A stretch of DNA of 64,000 nt, taken from a virus. Taxonomy: Duplodnaviria; Caudoviricetes. Numbering within the stretch: position 1 is the stretch's first letter; each line of letters starts with the position of its first letter. Shown here piece by piece: positions 38,029-46,817 of this stretch. The position numbers were made by a program, and so were the translations under genes. The DNA lies in the IMG/VR virus record IMGVR_UViG_3300029288_000101, positions 1 to 64,000 of that record; one strand, given 5' to 3'. A model generated the notes under the pieces. The model was not told where the DNA came from. It saw only the letters and a list, made by a program, of their open reading frames with translations, and made no database searches.

Positions 38029-39021
38029 TTAAACAACCTGAGTTTTTGGCGTAAATTTTTGACGTTGTTTACCAACCTTAAATTTCATTTTCATATATTT
38101 CTGAAACTCACAAAGGCTATGCTCAATTTCTCGCAGTGTCAATCTCTTATATTTATTTTGAAGATAAGGAAAATCTTCAAAACCAAACAGCTTTAAATAG
38201 CTTTCTTGCTCATCTCTTAAATGATAAATAACTTCTTTTGCATCTTCATAGTTACCTCTGTTAGGAAATATCCAACGCACACCTGTTACAGCACCTGGAC
38301 CAACGTTAACAAAATCATTCTGATTAAAACCAACTATCTCAGGGGAGAAATAATCAAAATCACAATACAGTTCATAAGTTATAAAATCATATAAAAAAGG
38401 TACTTTTTTTAAAACATCGATTAATTCCTTTGGCTTCTCTGATTCTAAAATTCTTTTTACAATTTGATTTTCTTTAATAAATTGGAAACTCCTAACAAAC
38501 AGTTTCAAAACTTCCTTTTTAAAATTATCGCCTTTTGGATAAAATCCTAAACTCTTCCCAATATACATAGTCACTGGAGAAGGTATAAATTGATAAGCAT
38601 TGCAAAAAGGCTTTTCAATTTTCATACAAACTTCTACTATCTTATTTAAATCAGTGTTCTTTAATCTGCATAAAGGTTCTATCTTATCATAAGTTTCTGT
38701 TCTATTAAAAAATCTAAAGATGATACAACCAAAAATTTTATTTTTAGTACTCAATTCCTCATTTCTAATTACTGTATTAATTAAATATTGGCTGTTTCTG
38801 TCTAATTCACGATAGGCATTTGTAAATTTATTATCTCTTAAAATTGAGTCTTTTGACCACGGAGCAGGGAGCTTCTTAATAAACCTTCTACAATATATAG
38901 AATGACGCTCATAAATCCAATACCAAAATGTTCTTAAATTTTCCTCGCAGACATCTAATTCTGCATCAGGCATAAATTTTAATACATTTGGTTGTAATTT
39001 AACTGTCTTTTTAGCTTTCAT
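38029..39021 (-). CDS. aGPT-PPlase1-like (5-hmdU DNA kinase helical domain family) DNA base-modifying transferase
   Basis: ER..IY..R.....PWS.D.IL...KFTN.YRE.DR, FRFFN, GPGA..G, L.EIEH.LCEF.KY. Confidence 0.85.
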   Translation of the reverse strand: MKAKKTVKLQPNVLKFMPDAELDVCEENLRTFWYWIYERHSIYCRRFIKKLPAPWSKDSILRDNKFTNAYRELDRNSQYLINTVIRNEELSTKNKIFGCIIFRFFNRTETYDKIEPLCRLKNTDLNKIVEVCMKIEKPFCNAYQFIPSPVTMYIGKSLGFYPKGDNFKKEVLKLFVRSFQFIKENQIVKRILESEKPKELIDVLKKVPFLYDFITYELYCDFDYFSPEIVGFNQNDFVNVGPGAVTGVRWIFPNRGNYEDAKEVIYHLRDEQESYLKLFGFEDFPYLQNKYKRLTLREIEHSLCEFQKYMKMKFKVGKQRQKFTPKTQVV

Positions 39022-39026
39022 CTATT

Positions 39027-39995
39027 TTACAACAATTCTTTAAATTCTTTTGATGTTAACTTCAACAACTTTTTATCAATCTTCTCACTACCGAAAGTTA
39101 TTTTTGGAACTACATGAGTATAAAACCCTGGATGACCATTACATTCACGACAAAGAGCAAGTTTACTTCTACCAGCGTTCTGTAAATGTAACCGATAAAA
39201 ATTAATCAAATCACTGTTCCAAATATCTATTATGTTTTCTTTCAACACATTACCTAATTTTATTTTACTAAAAAAGTCATTGCAACAAATCAACATATTC
39301 CCTTTCCAATCTATAATTGGTCTTCTAAAAGGAAAAACGCAAATTTTATTTTGATTGCCAGGTTTCATTCCTGCTAATTTGCCGTTCAAAGCACCACCAT
39401 TATTTTCTAATAAATTATAAATCTGACTCTTTTTAGTTGAAAACACAGAGCAGTTTCCAGCTGTAAGATATTTGGTCTTATCAATAAGATCTACTACCTT
39501 TTTATCTTTACCAACTTTTGTGTACACCTCTCCTCCAAGAATTAATCCTCCAATATAAGTTTTAATCTCATACAACCATTCTGCAATCTTTATCACTCTG
39601 TTTCTATCTGAATAGACATTTATTTCCATTTGATTCAAACCAGCTTCAAATAAAATTCTAATATCTTTATCACTCTTAAATAAATCTCCATTCGTATTAA
39701 ACATAATACAAACATTTGGAAGTTTCTTTCGTATATATTTTATCTTTTCAATTAAATTCTTATCTAACAGTGGTTCATTATAAGAGTTCAATTCTATTCT
39801 TCCTTTATAATTCAACTCTTTTAATTGTTTTATTATTTGACTAAAAACTTCATCAGTCATAAATTCTTTTGGCTTTTCATAATAACCAAAACCACAAAAC
39901 TCACACTTCCTGTTACAAAAAGAAGTTGTTTGAATCAAAATTGTATTAAATTGAGGAACTTCTTCCTCTTTCCTTACATTTACTACCTTTTGCAT
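39027..39995 (-). CDS. Radical SAM protein with SPASM/twitch domain
   Basis: CNRKCEFC, NEPLL, TNG, C..PF...I...G....CC.D...LGN...IW...C..C. Confidence 0.9.
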   Translation of the reverse strand: MQKVVNVRKEEEVPQFNTILIQTTSFCNRKCEFCGFGYYEKPKEFMTDEVFSQIIKQLKELNYKGRIELNSYNEPLLDKNLIEKIKYIRKKLPNVCIMFNTNGDLFKSDKDIRILFEAGLNQMEINVYSDRNRVIKIAEWLYEIKTYIGGLILGGEVYTKVGKDKKVVDLIDKTKYLTAGNCSVFSTKKSQIYNLLENNGGALNGKLAGMKPGNQNKICVFPFRRPIIDWKGNMLICCNDFFSKIKLGNVLKENIIDIWNSDLINFYRLHLQNAGRSKLALCRECNGHPGFYTHVVPKITFGSEKIDKKLLKLTSKEFKELL

Positions 39996-40001
39996 ATTGT
40001 T

Positions 40002-41417
40002 TTATCTTTTAAATGAAAAATTTCGTTTATCACCAATACCGTACCAAGTCCTTGATGCTTTCTCAATAAACTTTTTATCAGCTTTACCTGTTTCATATTT
40101 CTTATACCAGCCTGTTGGTTTACCTTCTATTACATCTATATATTGCTTACAAACATAATCAACATCAAAGTGTTTTAATAATTTATAATTATTCTGTACA
40201 ATTTTATTATATTTCTTCTCAGACATCGCTAAACCACTTAACATCTTATCTGCAAATTGTTTGGGAGTAGCGTCATAAGGAATCATTAAATAATTTTCAT
40301 CAGGTTTGAATATATCCCCAATACCTTCTTCATTATTACTTAAACCAAGATTTCTACTTATTGGTACAATACCATTCATTATCGCTTCAATTAATACTCT
40401 TGAAAAATGTTCACCATATTCCTTACTGATTGTGTAATAAGCTGTATCTATGAAAAAAGAAGAACTTTTAAAGCAAACATCTCGCTCTTCAGCAGACATC
40501 CAAAACAAAATAAATGTATTACATTTTTTAGCCAATTTTAAAATATACCGACCATAATATCTCTTATTAATATCAGGATCTATTTCTGGATTGACTAAAT
40601 ATTGCTTCTTTACCTTTGTCTTAGACATCATATAATAATATTCCAATCCCTTACCACCTATCAAAAACTCTGTTTCAGGATTTTCAAAATAAACATGAGG
40701 TATAGCTCTAATTAAATCATCAACGTGTTTTGATGCTTTCCAATTTTGTAAAGAGAAAAAAGTAGGCTTCTTTGCAATTGTATGAAAATTACTCTTTGAA
40801 TAATCTACTCCATCTAATATTTGAGGATTAAATATCATACAACGAGGAGTGTCAAAAACACCACAGGCATTATAAGAGGCTGGATGAACAGTGATAATTC
40901 TATCAAAATAAGGCATTATAAAGTATAGCCAAGAAGAATTTGCTCTTATATTCCCATCATGATGAAAAGCAATATTAACAGGATGCTTTAAATCCAAAAG
41001 CATTGGCCAAGTTGTATCTTTTTGGTAATCTTCTTGTTTGAACCAAAAAGGTGTATGCCAAAATACTGCGTCATAGCTCTCTAATTTTTCTTTAAATTGC
41101 TGTTTTTGTTTTAATGTTCCTAATGGAGTTGTAGGCACAAACCAACCAAAATGATTATGAAAATATTCCCCTGTCCCTATTCCTTTATCTAATAAATAAA
41201 CTCTTTGTTTTTCTATTTCAAGTTCTCCGTTCAAATATTCTTGAAGTTTCTTGATTACAAGCTTCTCGTTTGATTCTGCTTTACTTCCGATAAAATAAAA
41301 ATCCACTTCATGTCCTAATCTTTTTAGACCATAAATGGAATGTTCAACATGCTGCATAAATCCTCCATAAATAGAGGAACCTCTATGCATAATATAAGCA
41401 ATTTTATATTTTCTCAT
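40002..41417 (-). CDS. GT-B fold glycosyltransferase (possibly DNA-acting)
   Basis: GG...H......L..LGH, WK..KH....I.A, E.F.RV.IEA...G..P. Confidence 0.7.
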   Translation of the reverse strand: MRKYKIAYIMHRGSSIYGGFMQHVEHSIYGLKRLGHEVDFYFIGSKAESNEKLVIKKLQEYLNGELEIEKQRVYLLDKGIGTGEYFHNHFGWFVPTTPLGTLKQKQQFKEKLESYDAVFWHTPFWFKQEDYQKDTTWPMLLDLKHPVNIAFHHDGNIRANSSWLYFIMPYFDRIITVHPASYNACGVFDTPRCMIFNPQILDGVDYSKSNFHTIAKKPTFFSLQNWKASKHVDDLIRAIPHVYFENPETEFLIGGKGLEYYYMMSKTKVKKQYLVNPEIDPDINKRYYGRYILKLAKKCNTFILFWMSAEERDVCFKSSSFFIDTAYYTISKEYGEHFSRVLIEAIMNGIVPISRNLGLSNNEEGIGDIFKPDENYLMIPYDATPKQFADKMLSGLAMSEKKYNKIVQNNYKLLKHFDVDYVCKQYIDVIEGKPTGWYKKYETGKADKKFIEKASRTWYGIGDKRNFSFKR

Positions 41418-41856
41418 CCTCGAATAACTTTCTTAACCTTTCTCGTAAATCTGTTGAAGAAAAATGATGTCTTCTTGAATTATAATAATTCTCTATTCCT
41501 TCAATGTTTTTCCCTGTATGTTCTTTATCTTTATACTCTTCCCCAATGATTCTAATATCAGGTAAAAGCACTAACAACATATCAACCAAATCTTCTTCAG
41601 ACTCAAAAGGAATTATATAATCAACACATTCAATAGCCTGTAATTGAAGAAATCTTTCAAACAAAGATTGAATAGGTTTGTTCTTTTTCTTTCTACTAAT
41701 CGTAGGATCCGAAAGGATACCGACAATCAAAAAATCACACTTTGATTTTGCTTCAGCAAGCATAGCAACATGTCCAGCGTGTAAAAGGTCAAACGTGCTG
41801 CATGTAAATCCAATTTTCTTCCCTTCTGCTCTCAGTTTATAAATTTTATTTAACAT
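41404..41856 (-). CDS. Cytidylyltransferase (TagD/RfaE-like)
   Basis: FDLLHAGH, K.KP.Q...ER, R.H..SST. Confidence 0.88.
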   Translation of the reverse strand: MLNKIYKLRAEGKKIGFTCSTFDLLHAGHVAMLAEAKSKCDFLIVGILSDPTISRKKKNKPIQSLFERFLQLQAIECVDYIIPFESEEDLVDMLLVLLPDIRIIGEEYKDKEHTGKNIEGIENYYNSRRHHFSSTDLRERLRKLFEDEKI

Positions 41857-42887
41857 ATCATCTTCATTTTTAATCTTACTATTTCCTTAAATTTTGATTT
41901 TAATTCAAAATTTTTTAAATATTTAATAACTCTTATCCACTGAGTGAGTTCTAATAAATCTAAATAACGCTCCTCGATTTGATATTCCTTAATAAAACAT
42001 TTTTTGAAATAATGGTAATGACTCATGTTATCATCTCTCTCAAAAGAATATAATAACTTTGAAATGTCTAAAAGATAAGAACTGTAACTATCAGGATTGT
42101 ATATCGGATCTATTAAATAAAGTTGACCTTCTTTTATCTCTCTAATCAAATTATCCACTGAAAAATCACCATGACAAAAACTTCTTCTTTCATTATAATA
42201 ATCTTCTTTCAAACGTAAAGCATCTAATACTTTAAAAAAATCTTTGTTCGCTTCGCAATGATTTTTCATCCTCTCAATATAACTTGAAAAACTAATTTCG
42301 CTTGGTATTGACTTGAAAGAATTTATTATTTGAAATAGCTCTTCTTTCCTTAAGAACAAAAAATCTTTTGATTGAATATATTGCAAACAAATAGTTTCAC
42401 CTACTACACTATAAACTTCTGGAGTATAAACTAATCCTCTAATTTTTTGATACCAAGAAGCTTCTGACAGGCTATTCTTTGAATTTTTATAAACTTTATT
42501 CCCTCTCCTTTCGACAGCAGCCCCACTTCCTTCTTTTTTTGTTAAATCTTCTATTTCTAATTGCAAAAATCCTTCTGGTGTGAGAGATTTATCATCAACA
42601 TAATAAGCAGCCAAAATCTTATTAAAAGATAATTGATGATATTTGACACCATATTTAGCGAGCCAATTTTCAATTTGAGTTTGATACTTCTGTTTTGCTC
42701 TTTCTCTATCACCTTCGCAAGAAATAAAACCACGAGCAGTCATTATTATTACTTCCCATCCTGAATGATATAGCTTGTTGATTTTCTCTATTATCAACAA
42801 ATTTGGTTCTGCGTTCTCAAAATCTCTATTCGTTGTTTTAGAAATCGTATCATCCAAGTCAAAAACAATTCTTTTATAATATCTCAT
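41850..42887 (-). CDS. HAD phosphatase (capsule-biosynthesis type) fused to an APH/choline-kinase-like phosphotransferase
   Basis: DLDDTI..TARG..K..YYVDDK; CHGDFS.DN..LIDP..D.SK. Confidence 0.82.
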   Translation of the reverse strand: MRYYKRIVFDLDDTISKTTNRDFENAEPNLLIIEKINKLYHSGWEVIIMTARGFISCEGDRERAKQKYQTQIENWLAKYGVKYHQLSFNKILAAYYVDDKSLTPEGFLQLEIEDLTKKEGSGAAVERRGNKVYKNSKNSLSEASWYQKIRGLVYTPEVYSVVGETICLQYIQSKDFLFLRKEELFQIINSFKSIPSEISFSSYIERMKNHCEANKDFFKVLDALRLKEDYYNERRSFCHGDFSVDNLIREIKEGQLYLIDPIYNPDSYSSYLLDISKLLYSFERDDNMSHYHYFKKCFIKEYQIEERYLDLLELTQWIRVIKYLKNFELKSKFKEIVRLKMKMIC

Positions 42888-42913
42888 AAATTTAATTATT
42901 TTACCTCATTAAC

Positions 42914-42943
42914 TTTGAAAAGAGGCTTTCGCCTCTCTTCAAA
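42914..42943 (-). terminator. Intrinsic terminator/attenuator just upstream of the modification operon
   Basis: AGAGGC-GAAA-GCCTCT followed by T run on the minus strand. Confidence 0.7.
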
Positions 42944-42945
42944 TA

Positions 42946-43045
42946 GGTTTTTATCAACTCCCTCCGTATTGAGAGATGCAGAGCCACTTTGCAATTTAAC
43001 CTCATCCTTGTGGCAGAATAAGATTATTCAGATAAAAAACCATTT
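42946..43045 (-). ncRNA. Candidate structured RNA/leader
   Basis: Closing stem GGTTTTTTATC/GATAAAAACC enclosing stems GAATAA/TTATTC, GCCAC/GTGGC and CTCTC/GAGGG. Confidence 0.4.
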
Positions 43046-43051
43046 TCTTAA

Positions 43052-43084
43052 CAAATATAACAATCTTCGGAAATATAAGGCAAG
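43052..43084 (-). promoter_or_regulatory. Bacteroidota sigmaA-type promoter
   Basis: TTG-N21-TATATTTG fits the -33/-7 TAnnTTTG consensus. Confidence 0.55.
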
Positions 43085-43284
43085 CAAAAATGCTGCAATT
43101 TTCATTCTATTATCAAGTTTTATTCAGATCTTGTTTTTAGAATATAGTCTTTTTAGTATACATTATTAGACCTTTCTTTATAGCGGCAACACCTACAATG
43201 ATATTTAACCGCTTTGTAATTTCCACTGAAATTTTCGCGTCTTAAAAGAAAGACTGCTATATTTATTCAAAGAACTTTTATTTT

Positions 43285-43358
43285 TGGAGAAGTAGTAAGG
43301 TTCGAACTTACATCTATGCCTTTAGAAGGGGATCGCTTTAACTTTAAGCTACACTTCT
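43285..43358 (-). tRNA. tRNA-like gene with imperfect anticodon arm (Arg-TCT or amber CTA reading)
   Basis: AGAAGTG TA GCTT-AAAGTTA-AAGC G ATCCC CTTCTAAA GGCAT AGAT GTAAG-TTCGAAC-CTTAC TACTTCT CCA. Confidence 0.7.
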
Positions 43359-43384
43359 CGCCAATCTGGAGGAACCAGAATGAA

Positions 43385-43591
43385 TTAATAACCTTTTTTT
43401 GCTATTCCTTCTTTAATAGCAGCCAAAGCATTTTCTTTCGACAGTATTTGAACCATTTTACTGCCACCTTTTGCTACTCCCTTAACCATATAACCACCAC
43501 GAGCAGTTTTTACGATTGTAGGTGTTCCTTCAAAAGGAACTTTCTTTTTCAATTTTACATTGTAGGCTGTTAAGCCTTCTGATTTTGCCAT
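43385..43591 (-). CDS. Small basic protein, DUF5679-like putative DNA binder lacking Cys ligands
   Basis: AY.VK.KKK.....P.IVKT.RG.Y..KG....G.KM..I; near-consensus late motif at 43634-43642. Confidence 0.5.
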   Translation of the reverse strand: MAKSEGLTAYNVKLKKKVPFEGTPTIVKTARGGYMVKGVAKGGSKMVQILSKENALAAIKEGIAKKGY

Positions 43592-43728
43592 TGTTTTTTT
43601 TGTTTTTTAAATTAATATTTGAATTACTTTTATATATAACTGTGTTTATCTTAAAATTTTAATTTTTCTTCTCTATTCTTTCACTTTTATCCTTATTCGC
43701 TTATCAAATATTTATTCTTTATAACTTC

Positions 43729-43908
43729 TTAAGATTCTTTTGTTGCTTCTTCCATATGAAGCAAAATATCTTTAAAATTTTTTGCTCGATTTGCTTTCAA
43801 TCCATGTCTTTTTGCAATTAAATTAAATATTTCACAATTAACTTTCGTTAATTTCATTTGACTAATTTCTTTAATTACTGTTAAATAAGCAATTTCAATG
43901 GTTTGCAT
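43729..43908 (-). CDS. Small hypothetical protein (59 aa; not in ORF track)
   Basis: ATG preceded by AAGGAGGAAC; MQTIEIAYLTV... Confidence 0.55.
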   Translation of the reverse strand: MQTIEIAYLTVIKEISQMKLTKVNCEIFNLIAKRHGLKANRAKNFKDILLHMEEATKES

Positions 43909-43922
43909 TTTTAAGTTCCTCC

Positions 43923-45290
43923 TTATTTAATTTTATTTATATTATCTGCAGTGTTTTTATCAAAACGAATTTCAACGAGACGAGGCAAAAACAAACTCTT
44001 CTTACCAAACTTATCTTCAATTTTTGAATTGTATTTGACTGAGATTATCTTTCCTATAAAATAATTAGGGTTCTTTGCAATTTCAGTTAATTGTTTATCT
44101 GAAAAGCCTGAGCCAACTTCAACACTTAATAATTTATCAGCACTTTCACAAACAAAGCCACCAATAGTTGCTTCTCGTTTCGTTCCGGATTTTCCAGGAA
44201 ACACACTAACAACTTTTAAATCGCAAACTTTTTCTTCCTTCATCTTAATCCAGGATTTACTTCGCTTAGTTTCATATAAATGGTCTCCTAATTTTAAAAT
44301 TAAGCCTTCTCCACCTTCAGCAACCACCTTACCATAAATCTTTTCCACATCTCCCCAATTCTTCACAGGATATTTGCGTACATATTTTATTTGTGACCAA
44401 TCCTGCTCCCACGATTTCGCTACCTGAAACAAATTGCCTAATAACTTCTTTCTTAAAATGTATTTTAGTTTTCCAACACCATCAGCTACAGTTTGCATTT
44501 TATCATAATCAAAAACATGATAAACAAAATTCTTATCAATTTCTTTCGGTGCAGTTCCTTTTAATATTTTTGTAATTAACCCTGATACTGACTGTCTGTT
44601 TTTCCCTAACATTTCGCCATCAATAAAATAATGGAAATTATTTAAAGGAAATATCATACGAAGTTGTTTGGCTATGTTTTGCATACAATCCATATTTAAC
44701 TCCTGAAAGTTATAAGTATAAAAATGCTCAATTTTCCCTCTCACCATTTCACACCAAATTCTTACACCATCAAACTTCTCCTCAGCAAAAACAGATTTTC
44801 CTTCTTCTAACCATTTCTTAACTACCTCTTTGTTATCTTCTGCCTTCATCATTTCATTATTTGGAATAAGGTTAAAACCCAATGCCTCATTTATAATAGC
44901 TCTTCCAATTCCTATGTTCACATTCTTTGTAAAGATTTTTGCAAGCATTCGCTTTTCCTCCTCTAACAAATCAGTCATTTCAATAAAAATATAAACTTCT
45001 TTTCGAATTTCATCAGTGGCAGCTTTTAAGGAAATAAGCTTCTCTAAAAGTTCTCTAAAATTTTCAAAAGTTTTACACCCACCTTCTGGTCTATCCTCAT
45101 AATCTTCCTCACCTATCCTTTCAACTTTATTTATATGAGTGACAATAAGCGGGTCAAAGCAAAGTTTTAAAACATACCTCAATTCTAAACAATCATTTTC
45201 CCTTATTAATCTTTGTTTTTCTTTTTGAGAGCCTTCTCCAGTAACACTTTCTAACTGAATAAGTAATTGTACAATAGCTTTTAATTCCAT
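43923..45290 (-). CDS. lig: ATP-dependent DNA ligase
   Basis: EEKFDGVR, DGE, FD, EGLILK, Y..KRS..W.K.K, VGSGFSD, SLFLPR...R.DK. Confidence 0.95.
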   Translation of the reverse strand: MELKAIVQLLIQLESVTGEGSQKEKQRLIRENDCLELRYVLKLCFDPLIVTHINKVERIGEEDYEDRPEGGCKTFENFRELLEKLISLKAATDEIRKEVYIFIEMTDLLEEEKRMLAKIFTKNVNIGIGRAIINEALGFNLIPNNEMMKAEDNKEVVKKWLEEGKSVFAEEKFDGVRIWCEMVRGKIEHFYTYNFQELNMDCMQNIAKQLRMIFPLNNFHYFIDGEMLGKNRQSVSGLITKILKGTAPKEIDKNFVYHVFDYDKMQTVADGVGKLKYILRKKLLGNLFQVAKSWEQDWSQIKYVRKYPVKNWGDVEKIYGKVVAEGGEGLILKLGDHLYETKRSKSWIKMKEEKVCDLKVVSVFPGKSGTKREATIGGFVCESADKLLSVEVGSGFSDKQLTEIAKNPNYFIGKIISVKYNSKIEDKFGKKSLFLPRLVEIRFDKNTADNINKIK

Positions 45291-45307
45291 TTTTAGTTCC
45301 TCCTGTT

Positions 45308-45847
45308 TTAATTAATTGTTTTTATTTTATCTGTTAATTCAATTACATAACCTTTTAAAGACTCAGGACAATATCTAACAAAAACTTTGTTTTCTTCCCA
45401 ATCTTTAAAATTTATTTCTTTAAACCATTTTTTAATACTATTTGGAATAGAAGAAATCTTCAAACCTCGATTTACTGCCATTGCAATACGACTCAAACAA
45501 TGCCATGCCATTCTTCTATCCCATTCTTCTATCCCACCCATTTTCAGTAATACCATCTGCTTACGAGCAAACAAATCACAAGCAAACTCCTGTTCAAATC
45601 TTTTACCCACGTTCCCATCTAAAATATGTTTTACTTCGTGCATACAAACAGCAAACCTATCAGCATTGGTTGGGTGTGGTATTTGAATTTCCTTCTTCTT
45701 ACAATTAGCTCGTCCTGAAGAGGTAGTACGATATTTTACCACTTTTATTTTATAGCATTTCAGCAAAGTTTTCAAATGCTTCTCTGCTGCCAACTTATCA
45801 AATACTATTACTTCTTTTCTTTTTGTTTTCATTTTAAATTCCTCCAT
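45308..45847 (-). CDS. HExxH metallopeptidase-like protein
   Basis: MHEVKH...EQEF.CD.FA; probable start at 45832 after GGAGG. Confidence 0.55.
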   Translation of the reverse strand: MEEFKMKTKRKEVIVFDKLAAEKHLKTLLKCYKIKVVKYRTTSSGRANCKKKEIQIPHPTNADRFAVCMHEVKHILDGNVGKRFEQEFACDLFARKQMVLLKMGGIEEWDRRMAWHCLSRIAMAVNRGLKISSIPNSIKKWFKEINFKDWEENKVFVRYCPESLKGYVIELTDKIKTIN

Positions 45848-45852
45848 TTCAA

Positions 45853-46263
45853 TTAAACAAAAAATTTAAAATCAACTATTTTACCGTCTCTCGTAATACC
45901 TTTATAATAATTACCTGAAGGATTTATACGAGTAGTATCAAAACGAATTTTTTCATTATTTAAAGCATTAAATATTTTCCCTGCTAAGATCCTTTTATTC
46001 TTATGCTCTGTTTTTAAAATTGCTATTGAATGGATTATCAAAGCTGTCTCAGAAGTTATTGTATTATCAAGACCTGTTTGATACATATTCTGAAAGGAAA
46101 TCTCTTCGAATAATTTATTAAAAACAGGATTCTCACATAATTTATTTACAAGCCTATTGGCATTAAAAATTTTAACTTTATAGAAATTTTTATAAGTTTC
46201 AAATTCTTCTTCTTTTTTCTTAAAATCTTCATCAAATCTTGATGTATCAATTTTTGTTTTCAT
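45853..46263 (-). CDS. Hypothetical protein
   Basis: ORF with AGGAGG ribosome binding site. Confidence 0.6.
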   Translation of the reverse strand: MKTKIDTSRFDEDFKKKEEEFETYKNFYKVKIFNANRLVNKLCENPVFNKLFEEISFQNMYQTGLDNTITSETALIIHSIAILKTEHKNKRILAGKIFNALNNEKIRFDTTRINPSGNYYKGITRDGKIVDFKFFV

Positions 46264-46297
46264 TTTTTTTGGTTCCTCCTTATTAAATTAATATTCT

Positions 46298-46591
46298 TTA
46301 ATCACCATTCCATATTGTTAATTGTTGAGTTATCATTTCAATATTATTATTTAGCCAGTCTTTTGCATCTTGTACTGATTCTGATTCATGCTTTAAAGTA
46401 ATCCATCTCCATTTACAATTTTTATTCCCGTCTTCCAAAATATCCTTCTTTAAAACTTGTAATCTTATTTTAAAAGGTTTACGGCAATCAATATTTCCGC
46501 ATTCTTTTTTATTTAGTTTAATAATAATATCGTCATTGGAGAATGCTCTCCACTGACCTTTTGCTTTTTCTGTTTTAAATGTAAATTTCAT
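46298..46591 (-). CDS. Hypothetical protein (start revised to 46591)
   Basis: AAGGAGGAACCAAACA-ATG. Confidence 0.6.
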   Translation of the reverse strand: MKFTFKTEKAKGQWRAFSNDDIIIKLNKKECGNIDCRKPFKIRLQVLKKDILEDGNKNCKWRWITLKHESESVQDAKDWLNNNIEMITQQLTIWNGD

Positions 46592-46730
46592 TGTTTGGTT
46601 CCTCCTTTTTAATTTTACAATTTTAGTTTTCAATTTCAATTTACAAACTAATTAATAACATTTTTCAGTACAAACAAAATTTTTTCATACTTATTTTTCA
46701 AGTATGTTTCAAACTACTGATTCTCAGTAA

Positions 46731-46762
46731 TTGAAAAACACCTTTTTCAAGGTGATTTTCAA
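46731..46762 (-). terminator. Intrinsic terminator closing the glycan locus
   Basis: CACCTT-GAAA-AAGGTG plus T tract on the minus strand, extended by TTGAAAA/TTTTCAA. Confidence 0.7.
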
Positions 46763-46817
46763 GTTTTAACAAAAAACAAAATTTAATAATGAACTTAATT
46801 TTTAACTATGTTCTAAA

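Noticed and set aside
42946-43045. SAM-I riboswitch, tmRNA or RNase P assignment
   Set aside because: Only the closing helix resembles SAM-I; the conserved cores of these RNA families are not visible
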